From an uncultured Verrucomicrobiales bacterium (GTDB taxonomy: Bacteria; Verrucomicrobiota; Verrucomicrobiia; Verrucomicrobiales; DEV007): a stretch of 11,467 nucleotides of DNA. Numbering within the stretch: the first letter of the stretch is position 1; each line of letters opens with the position of its first letter. Location of the stretch: positions 1 through 11,467 of the forward strand of contig CALKOM010000133.1 of NCBI GenBank assembly GCA_938091905.1, given 5' to 3'. Below are positions 1 through 7,149 of the stretch, one piece after another. Below the pieces are notes generated by a model, which saw nothing but the letters and a program-made list of their open reading frames with translations, was not told the origin of the DNA and searched no databases. Both the position numbers and the translations under genes were made by a program.

Positions 1-138
1 CGCATCACGTCGGGAAAGATTGAAGGATTCAACAACCTTGTTTCAAGAGTGGTGCATCGGGCCTGCGGAATCACTAACATGGATTACGCATGGTTGAAAT
101 TTCGGCAGCTCTCCATCCAGCAAACTTGACGGAGCGCC
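1..138 (+). mobile_element. ISL3-family insertion sequence, 3' end (transposase C-terminus 1..129 plus probable right end to ~138)
   Basis: Frame +1 reads RITSGKIEGFNNLVSRVVHRACGITNMDYAWLKFRQLSIQQT*, matching the ISL3 C-terminal pattern T-x-G-x-x-E-G-x-N-N...A-x-G-x-x-N. TGA at 127-129 is followed by CGGAGCGCC, ending in CC as ISL3 right ends commonly do. Not in the ORF track because it is 5'-truncated. Confidence 0.8.
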
Positions 139-403
139 GGATTTAGTCGCACCAAATTTCGCCGACGAATTGAGGAAAGCGGACATACCCATTGCATAGC
201 CCAGAAGAGCAACGAGAAAGCTGTAGAAACCTTTCACAAAGGCTACTATCGCCTTAGGCACAATATTGAAAACGTCTTTGCTAGAATGAGGCGGTGGACA
301 AGATTGGAGCTCCGGCGCGAGCGCAAGGCTTCTCACTTTGAATCGTTCCTAAACCTCTGGGCTATAAGTCCTTGGATCAGAATCTGAGTTTGTGGATTGG
401 CCC
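139..403 (+). mobile_element. IS5-family (IS427/IS1031-like) transposase C-terminal remnant, interrupted by the ISL3 element; probable right end at ~403
   Basis: 139..387 translates to GFSRTKFRRRIEESGHTHCIAQKSNEKAVETFHKGYYRLRHNIENVFARMRRWTRLELRRERKASHFESFLNLWAISPWIRI*. This carries the Y-x2-R-x3-E (YREK-type) motif and the typical IS5 tail, with no start codon. The stop is followed by GTTTGTGGATTGGCCC|TA, resembling an IS427-group end next to a TA target. Confidence 0.75.
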
Positions 404-432
404 TAACTGTAGCCAGCTCGCTGCGGGCGTAA

Positions 433-1791
433 TCACGGGCACTGGGCTGGCGCAGCATCTCTGTCAAGGGTGGGTTTGGTTCCTCGAATCTTCGCCGCCA
501 AGTACCGCTGGATCAGCCAGATGGGCATTTCCAAATGACTGAGGCGACCACGCTGATAGCCATCGGAGTAGAGGCTACGTTGGACGGCAGATAACATTTC
601 CATGTCTTCGAGATGGAACTCAGTCGCCTCTTTCTTACCACGTTCTAGCATCTCAGCAAACTGTGGGTGTCTGGTGGTCGACTCTGGCACAAGGATGGAC
701 GTCAATAGGCGTAATTGGTCCGGGGCGACTGGCTCAATGCGATACCAAACGACTTGGTCCGGCGCGGTGACTATGGTGAAGAGTGGATAACCCATCACCA
801 GTCCCCATTCGTGACGCGCAGGATCGTCGAGACCTTCGACTAAAGGAAAGGTATCCCATTGACTACCGTTTGATTCTACATCGACGATCTCTCGGCGAAC
901 TTTGTCTCCATAAGGCAGGTGACAACGAATGAAATTCGACTTTTCAGTTTCGGTCCAAGTCCCTCGCGCTGGCATGATCGGCTGGAGGGTCTTCACATGG
1001 GCGCCTGCATGGTGATAGGATTCCATAAAATTCTCGGCCAGCACTTTCCAATTGCAAGGAATGTCCCAGTGTGTTTCGAAGACCACATGCATTTCAGCGA
1101 TGTGCCATGGTGTCATGTTAGTAGCCAAATCCTCATACTGCATCTGGACACTTTCCTCGGCATTCCCATCCAGGTTGACGAAGACGAAGCCGTTCCAAAT
1201 TTCTGAACGGAACTCTTTCAACGCCCACTCACAACGTTCGAAACCCTCCGCTTGGCCCATCTCTGGACATGCTTTCAACTGGCCATCGAGTTCGAAGGTC
1301 CACGAGTGGTAGGGGCAGAGAAACAGACGGGTTTGCCCGCGGTCCTGGCTGCCCTGCCGATACTCTGCGGGCCCATGGCCATCGTGTCCGAAGCCTGGCG
1401 GCATGATGTCCATCCCGCGATGGGGGCAACTGCGTGATAGCACATGCACCTCTTGCGATTTATCACGGACGACGATGAGCGGTTCGCCGAGGAAATCGAC
1501 GTTGATGAAATCGCCAGCAAGGGGCAATTGCGACACATGCGCCAGACAAGTCCAGCCGGGGTGAAAGAGGTTCTCGCACTCCCAAGCAAAGTAATCATCG
1601 CTGGTGAAAGCTTCCTTAGGCAGCGTGGTTGCTCGGTTTAATGGAAGATCGGCAATGCGCTCGATCTCTGCCAGGATCTCTGGCAATGTCAGCTCTTGGC
1701 GGGAGCGCCGCCATGCCGATGAGCGCGTGCCATTCAGTCGCTGATTCACATCCGCCGCTTGGCGCACTTGGGTTTCATTGGTAACTGGCAT
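433..1791 (-). CDS. Rieske non-heme iron oxygenase alpha subunit (choline monooxygenase/CntA/Stc2-like group)
   Basis: Rieske ligands CPH...CPYH, the NWK..ENFMESYHHAGAH mononuclear Fe motif and a downstream ED. Start placed at ATG 1791 (MPVTNE) because the longer 1854 start overlaps the sigma-54 motif. Confidence 0.88.
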   Translation of the reverse strand: MPVTNETQVRQAADVNQRLNGTRSSAWRRSRQELTLPEILAEIERIADLPLNRATTLPKEAFTSDDYFAWECENLFHPGWTCLAHVSQLPLAGDFINVDFLGEPLIVVRDKSQEVHVLSRSCPHRGMDIMPPGFGHDGHGPAEYRQGSQDRGQTRLFLCPYHSWTFELDGQLKACPEMGQAEGFERCEWALKEFRSEIWNGFVFVNLDGNAEESVQMQYEDLATNMTPWHIAEMHVVFETHWDIPCNWKVLAENFMESYHHAGAHVKTLQPIMPARGTWTETEKSNFIRCHLPYGDKVRREIVDVESNGSQWDTFPLVEGLDDPARHEWGLVMGYPLFTIVTAPDQVVWYRIEPVAPDQLRLLTSILVPESTTRHPQFAEMLERGKKEATEFHLEDMEMLSAVQRSLYSDGYQRGRLSHLEMPIWLIQRYLAAKIRGTKPTLDRDAAPAQCP

Positions 1792-1831
1792 CGTGGTATG
1801 AGGAGTGGACTGATTCGTCCTACCGCATACA

Positions 1832-1847
1832 AGCATCCCGTGTGCCA
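1832..1847 (-). promoter_or_regulatory. sigma-54 (-24/-12) promoter for the Rieske oxygenase
   Basis: Minus strand TGGCACACGGGATGCT has exact GG-N10-GC spacing and lies about 40 nt upstream of ATG 1791. Confidence 0.7.
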
Positions 1848-1889
1848 GTTGCATCCTTCATGGTGCCATGGCTGCTTCCTTCAATCTCT

Positions 1890-2903
1890 ATGGACATTCA
1901 CGCGTAAGCTTCTCTTTCTGCTGGTGCTACCTTTGAGCCATTCGGCTTCAAGTTGGGCGAACTTGCTCATGATGAAGTCGACATCGCTGTCGAAACCTGC
2001 GGCTTTTGCCATAGTGATCTCAGCATGAAGAACAATGACTGGGGCATCAGCGAGTACCCATTCGTTGGTGGTCACGAAGTGGTAGGTAGAGTCATTGGTA
2101 AAGGTGCACACGTGTCTCATCTCGAGATTGGGCAACGCATAGGGTTGGGCTGGTACTCGCGCAGCTGCGGGCTCTGCGATCCCTGTATGCGTGGCGATCA
2201 GAATATCTGTGTGGTGGCCGAGAGCGCCATTGTGACTCGTCATGGCGGTTTCGCTAACAAGGTGCGTGCGCAAGCGTTTTGGTGCACGCCCATCCCTGAC
2301 GCCCTGGATCTTTCTGCGGCCGGTCCTCTCTTCTGTGGCGGCATAACCGTGTTCAATCTTATCGTGCAGAATGCGATCACAGCCTTAGATCACGTGGCCG
2401 TCGTTGGCATTGGCGGGCTTGGAAATCTGGCTCTGCAGTTTCTTTCTGCTTGGGGGTGTGAGGTCACCGCCATTTCCACCAGTGAATCGAAGTTCGATGA
2501 GGCCAAAGCACTCGGAGCCACGCACTTCCTCCATGCTCGCGATCCTGATGCACTCAAAGCTGCGGCCGGGCGGTTCAAGATGATTCTCGTCACTGTTAAT
2601 GTGCCGCTAGACTGGGATCTCTACATGACGATGTTAGACAAGCGCGGTAAGTTGCACATCGTCGGCGCTGTGCCTTCGGTCACCTCGTCAGGTTTCCCAC
2701 TAATCGAACAGCAGAAGATCATTGGTGGCAGCCCGTTAGGAAGCCCAGGCCTGGTCAAACAGATGCTGGATTTCTGTGCGCGGAAGGAGATTGCCCCCGT
2801 GACTCAGAAATACGCACTGAGCCAGATCAACACGGCTTTTGAAAATTTGGAAGCTGGGAAGGCCCGTTATCGATTGGTGCTGGAGAATGATATTTCTAGC
2901 TAA
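1890..2903 (+). pseudogene. Zn-dependent NAD(P)H alcohol dehydrogenase/aldehyde reductase (Ahr/YahK/CAD-like) with premature stop at codon 6
   Basis: CHSD, GHE, structural Zn C-x2-C-x2-C-x7-C, CGGITV, GIGGLG and C-terminal GKARYRLVL motifs. The frame extends upstream to ATG 1890 as MDIHA*ASLSAGATFEPFGFKLGEL, with TAA at 1905-1907 where the family has the N-terminal Tyr. The ORF-track TTG start at 1953 lacks the first 21 codons. Confidence 0.72.
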
Positions 2904-3540
2904 TTGCGTTGTCCCACACACTACCGCGTCTTTCCGTCTCCATCCGATAGTCCGTATAAAGCGTGTTGAAAAGATTGGCGCCTAGCCGAAACGCGGCATC
3001 TATCGGTTTCGCCGGATCAGATTCGACGTCCCCGCGCTTGTTGCCGATCCCTTGTACAACACCTACAAAGTCACACTGATTGTAGCGGCAGAATTCCTGG
3101 ATCGAATGCACGACACCTAGAGGGGCCGCCGGATAAGATTCCTCTGAGCTGATCGTGAGCCCGATCTTCTTGTGTGCCATTCGTGAGGCATTCTCAGCAC
3201 TATTAGAATGGGAGGCGGCGTAGTAGCAGAAGCTGCGATCGAGGAAGGTCTTGAGCTGGCCACTCATGCCATACCAGTAGAGCGGCGTGGCAAAGATGAT
3301 GCCATCGGCGGGCAGATAGTGTTCCAAGAAGAGTTCGCTGAAACGATCCTCAAGTGTGCATTCGCCCTCCTTGCCTCGACATTGTCGACAATCGCGCAGG
3401 AAATGTCTGACATAGTCATCGACAAAGAGAAGCTCGGCAGTATTGCCTGCCTCTTGCGCGCCTCTCCTCGCCGCATTTGCGAGTCGATAGGAATTGCCGT
3501 CACGGCGAGGGCTAGAAGCTAGGATGAGAACGGATTTCAC
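2896..3540 (-). CDS. flavodoxin-fold NAD(P)H-dependent FMN reductase / iron-sulfur flavoprotein-like protein
   Basis: SSPRRDGNS FMN-phosphate loop, CRQC...C cluster and the DGIIFATPLYWYGMSGQLKTFLDR motif. GTG start lies 2 nt after the upstream stop. The 3' end overlaps the convergent ADH by 8 nt. Confidence 0.85.
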   Translation of the reverse strand: MKSVLILASSPRRDGNSYRLANAARRGAQEAGNTAELLFVDDYVRHFLRDCRQCRGKEGECTLEDRFSELFLEHYLPADGIIFATPLYWYGMSGQLKTFLDRSFCYYAASHSNSAENASRMAHKKIGLTISSEESYPAAPLGVVHSIQEFCRYNQCDFVGVVQGIGNKRGDVESDPAKPIDAAFRLGANLFNTLYTDYRMETERRGSVWDNAIS

Positions 3541-3542
3541 GG

Positions 3543-4079
3543 TTAGACTTCTCCTTTCACCGCGTCATCGAGTGGCACTCTCGCAGTGGCATTGGTGTAG
3601 TTGCTCATGGTCTTGACCGCCACGGCAAGAATCACCTCGAGCCCCTGCTGCGAAGTCCATCCTGCCTCAGTAAAGTTATCTAGCATCCTTTCTGAAACTT
3701 TCCCTCGCTCACGAACCATCTGCCTCGTGAAGGTGGACAAAGCTTTCAGTTTGGTATCACCCAACGGCAACCCAGCAGGCAGCGCGATGAGATCGGACTC
3801 CTCGACGCCCACGTCACGCGCAAGCTTGGTGTGCCATGGCACTCAGTAGGTGCAGTTGTGTTCGACATTGATCGCCTGATAGACGATCTGTCTTTCCGCA
3901 GCATTGAAACTCGTCGAATTAAAGAGCGTCCACAGAGTGCCGTAACTCTCCAACAAAGCTGGCGCCGTCGCCATGACGCGTTCGAGATTGGGAACCATGC
4001 CAAAGGCCTCCTGCGTGTTCTGCAGCATGGGGATTGCGGCTTCCGGCACTGTGTCTTCGGTGTTGAGAGGAAAGTGCAT
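3543..4079 (-). CDS. AhpD/carboxymuconolactone decarboxylase-family protein, probable selenoprotein (in-frame TGA = Sec79, CxxU motif)
   Basis: Track ORFs 3843..4079 and 3543..3842 are the same frame separated only by TGA (3845-3843). Joined they give 178 aa: FGMVPNL...ERQIV...EHNCTY(U)VPWH...KTMSNYTN, a complete AhpD-like protein with CxxC-x3-H geometry. A Cys-to-stop pseudogene is the alternative. Confidence 0.78.
3807..3842 (-). other. candidate bacterial SECIS hairpin
   Basis: After the UGA the mRNA reads GUGCCAUGGCAC-ACCAA-GCUUGCG-CGUGA-CGUGGGC. This gives a 7-bp stem (3 G-U pairs) with a GU-containing apical loop 25-29 nt downstream of the UGA. Folded by eye only. Confidence 0.4.
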
Positions 4080-4083
4080 GGTA

Positions 4084-5502
4084 TTAGATAAATGTCAGTC
4101 GCTTCTTGCGAGCTTCCTCTGCGATGGGGAAGAAGGCGTTCTCCCATTCCATCGTCTTCTGACGAATATAGATGTCTTTCATTTCTCCCAAGACCTCGCC
4201 TGCCAGTTCGTCTTCTTCAAAGGCTTCGATAGCATGAAGTAACGTGCCGGGAAGAAATTGAACGCCATCCTCTTTCAACGCTCGTCGCGTTTTGCCATAC
4301 AGATTTTCATTGAGCGGCTTGCCAGGGGCTAACCTCTGTTCGATGCCGTCCAGACCGGCCGCAAGATGGTAAGCCGCTGCAAGATACGGGTTGACACTCA
4401 TGTCAGGCACGCGATTCTCGACGCAGTAACGATTCAATGGGAGGCGCAGCATGGCTGAACGATTGTTCTGGCCATAGGCAACTAAAACAGGAGCCCAACT
4501 CACATCCGGCATGTCCCCTTGAGCGATGAAGCCTTGGTAGCTGTTGTAGGTCGGACTGGACAACGCGGTTAGGGCTCCTGCGTGCTTGAGCAGGCCAGCG
4601 GTAAAGTGATAAGCCATCTCCGACATGCCAACTCTATATTTCTCGGCAAGAGGATTGGACTTCGGCTCAGGTGCGAAGCGATTCTCTCCGGTCTTTGTAT
4701 CGGCCAGCGACATATTGAAGTGACACCCTGATCGGAAGTCATCGTGGAAGGGTTTGGGCATGAAGCTCGCAATGCACCCCATGGACTTGGCCACATGCTT
4801 GGCCATCAAGCGCAGGAACACCAGCCGATCTGCCATGGTGAGTGCATCAGCATAGTCAAAATCAAACTCGTACTGACCGTGACCACCTTCTTGATCAAAT
4901 GAGAACACCCCATAACCAAGCTTGTTGAGATAGCGCGTCATGGGTGAAAGAAAATCGATCGAGTCCATCGACAAATTCACATCATAGGCAGGACACAAGC
5001 CCTCAAATCGATGCTGATGCAAGGTGCCTAGCCGGCCTGTCTCAGGATCTTCGTGCAGTACATAGAACTCCGGCTCCACGCCTAAGTTGAATGTCAGCCC
5101 CATCGCCTTTGCACGGTCAAGCTGACGCTTCAAAATCTGTCTGCTGTCGTTTTGGTAGAATTCTCCGTGGTAGTAGAGGTCGCCGAAGAAGTAGGCAAAG
5201 CGCTTATCCCAAGGACAAATGATGAGGGTATCAAGATCTGGTACGGCCGCGCATTCATCCTCCTGCGGGCCAACCAATCCCATGCCTTCCATTGCGCCGA
5301 CTGTAAAGAGTTCGGAGCCCGCTGCCATCTTGGCAAGCGATGACACAGGATTGACCTTAGCCTTCGGAATGCCATGCACATCGACAAACGTCGATAGCAG
5401 AAACTCCACACCTTCAGCTTCGAGCTTCTTCTCCGTGACAGCGAGTTTATCAGGGTCAGGCGCAAAGCCCTCGGGCACGGCAAAGGTCGGAAGAGCGTTC
5501 AT
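4084..5502 (-). CDS. glutamine synthetase-like gamma-glutamyl-amine ligase (GmaS/GlnT-like)
   Basis: FVDVHGIPKAK, GVEPEF, QEGGHGQYE, FMPKPF, SGCHFN, NNRSAMLR and ENRVPD motifs. SWAP replaces the GS Glu-flap EAP. ATGA overlap with the upstream gene. Confidence 0.88.
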   Translation of the reverse strand: MNALPTFAVPEGFAPDPDKLAVTEKKLEAEGVEFLLSTFVDVHGIPKAKVNPVSSLAKMAAGSELFTVGAMEGMGLVGPQEDECAAVPDLDTLIICPWDKRFAYFFGDLYYHGEFYQNDSRQILKRQLDRAKAMGLTFNLGVEPEFYVLHEDPETGRLGTLHQHRFEGLCPAYDVNLSMDSIDFLSPMTRYLNKLGYGVFSFDQEGGHGQYEFDFDYADALTMADRLVFLRLMAKHVAKSMGCIASFMPKPFHDDFRSGCHFNMSLADTKTGENRFAPEPKSNPLAEKYRVGMSEMAYHFTAGLLKHAGALTALSSPTYNSYQGFIAQGDMPDVSWAPVLVAYGQNNRSAMLRLPLNRYCVENRVPDMSVNPYLAAAYHLAAGLDGIEQRLAPGKPLNENLYGKTRRALKEDGVQFLPGTLLHAIEAFEEDELAGEVLGEMKDIYIRQKTMEWENAFFPIAEEARKKRLTFI

Positions 5503-6257
5503 GATGATAGGGAATGATCTAAGGGAGGTGACTCTGTCTTAGCTCTTTCTAACAGTACGGTTAGGGCGTCTCCCATTTCATGGAAAAGAAGTTTGCCCGC
5601 TTCGGCCGTGCCTTGGCTGGGGGCTCCCGTCACACCATTGAGACTAGTTTGGGCAACAGGATAGGAGAATACCTTGCTTACTGTTCGATCAAGATCGTCT
5701 TGCACTGCAGACATGTCGACCGTATCCGGTGCTAGATGTAGCATGAGATCGGTCTCCGCTTTGTTCGCATGCAGGTCTTCCGCATCGGAAATGAAATAGT
5801 TCCAAATGGCATCAGTTAGCTTGAAGGTGTGGCGAAGGCCTATTTGAAAGGAGCCCATACGTGCTGTTCTAATCTGATCAATGGCGACCCGAAGCGACGC
5901 ATCATTGCCAAAGTGGGAATTGACTAATAAGAGGCGCTTCCATCCCGTGTGCTCTGCCCATTCAGCAAGATCACGGATGGTGGCCATGAACGTTTCATGG
6001 GACAGTGAGAAGGTTCCAGGCCACTTAGGGGTGTGCCCTACGGATACTGTGTAGCAGAGCGGTGGCAACATTGCCACGCCAGCCTTCTCACAGGCGTAGC
6101 GACAAACCGATTCTCCAATGACGGTGTCCGTATTGACCGGCAAGTGAGGACCGTGCTGTTCGGTAGCCCCACATGGCAGTACGAGCAGGTCATTGCCTGC
6201 CCCAAGAAGTTCACGAAAGGCAGTCCAAGACAGCTTTGTGAGGTCAGACCACATCAT
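5499..6257 (-). CDS. creatininase/MftE-family metal-dependent amidohydrolase
   Basis: [37 protein letters not shown] and [13 protein letters not shown] motifs; 252 aa. Confidence 0.88.
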   Translation of the reverse strand: MMWSDLTKLSWTAFRELLGAGNDLLVLPCGATEQHGPHLPVNTDTVIGESVCRYACEKAGVAMLPPLCYTVSVGHTPKWPGTFSLSHETFMATIRDLAEWAEHTGWKRLLLVNSHFGNDASLRVAIDQIRTARMGSFQIGLRHTFKLTDAIWNYFISDAEDLHANKAETDLMLHLAPDTVDMSAVQDDLDRTVSKVFSYPVAQTSLNGVTGAPSQGTAEAGKLLFHEMGDALTVLLERAKTESPPLDHSLSS

Positions 6258-7149
6258 CGCCTACCTTTGTCATACGCAGCATGGGCAGTCTATCTTCCTC
6301 GCCGTCCCGCTGTTGAGGATGAATCAATTCTTCCAGGCGTTTCTTGGCTGAGAGAAATTCAGGTGTGAGGAATTGGCGTGGATTGCGAGGTTGAGGCACA
6401 GGCACTTCGATGAGCTCACCCACGCGACCAGGATCGGAATCTAACACAAGCACTCGATCCGAAAGGTAAACGGCTTCGTCAAGATCATGTGTGATAAACA
6501 GGATGGTGATGTCTACCTGGCGCCAAATTTGCAGAAGGTATGACTGCATTTGCGCCCGGGTCTGCGCATCGAGTGCGCCAAACGGTTCATCCATCAAGAG
6601 AATACGTGGTTGGTTTGCAAGAGCCCGGGCAATGGCCACCCGCTGCTTCATGCCGCCGGAAAGCTGGTGCGGATAGACCTCTGCAGATGAGGCGAGTCCC
6701 ACCAGTTCGATCCACTGCATAGCCTCGGATTCTGCTGTGGCTTCGCTGTGTCCGGTCATCTTGAGACCAAACATCACGTTCTGTTTCACTGTGAGCCAGG
6801 GAAACAAGGTGTAGCCCTGAAAGACCATGCCCCTATCCGGTCCTGGCCCTGAAACACTCTCTCCGCCGACTAAAACCTCGCCAGCGGAGGCAGACTCGAG
6901 TCCTGCCAAGATACGAACGAGGGTCGATTTCCCACATCCAGAAGCGCCGATGACACACATAAACTCCCTCCGATGCAGGGCGAAGCTCACGTTCTCAAGG
7001 GCAGTCACCTCGCCCTGTGGCGTACTGAACACCTTCGTAAGACGATTCACATCCAGTGTGACCGGTCGCTTCTTCAGCTTGTGAAAGCGAGCCTCTACTT
7101 CAGGGGATTGCCGAGTGTAGGGTGGGAGTTCTAACACAGGAGCTGTCAT
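6244..7149 (-). CDS. ABC transporter ATP-binding protein (NitT/TauT/SsuB type)
   Basis: Walker [11 protein letters not shown]-loop VFQ, signature LSGGMKQR, Walker [12 protein letters not shown] and the ITHD switch. Start set at ATG 7149 (MTAPV), which forms an ATGA overlap with the permease stop. Confidence 0.93.
   Translation of the reverse strand: MTAPVLELPPYTRQSPEVEARFHKLKKRPVTLDVNRLTKVFSTPQGEVTALENVSFALHRREFMCVIGASGCGKSTLVRILAGLESASAGEVLVGGESVSGPGPDRGMVFQGYTLFPWLTVKQNVMFGLKMTGHSEATAESEAMQWIELVGLASSAEVYPHQLSGGMKQRVAIARALANQPRILLMDEPFGALDAQTRAQMQSYLLQIWRQVDITILFITHDLDEAVYLSDRVLVLDSDPGRVGELIEVPVPQPRNPRQFLTPEFLSAKKRLEELIHPQQRDGEEDRLPMLRMTKVGDDVV

Noticed and set aside
43..336. 97-aa minus-strand ORF
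   Set aside because: Antisense shadow of the two transposase fragments on the plus strand; no recognisable motif.
403..435. Possible Sec read-through of the Rieske TGA stop (QCP-TGA)
   Set aside because: The domain is already complete, only 9 codons follow before TAG, and there is no redox-motif context.
1792..1854. N-terminal extension of the Rieske ORF from ATG 1854
   Set aside because: Overlaps the sigma-54 motif and would start upstream of the predicted TSS.
1850..1867. TGCATCCTTCATGGTGCC as an NtrC box or a second sigma-54 promoter
   Set aside because: One base longer than the TGCACC-N5-GGTGCA spacing and directly abutting the -24 box. Read on the minus strand, the GG-to-GC spacing is 13, not 10.
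3820..3836. TGGCACACCAAGCTTGC inside the AhpD gene as an internal sigma-54 promoter
   Set aside because: GG-to-GC spacing is 12 (or 8), not 10.
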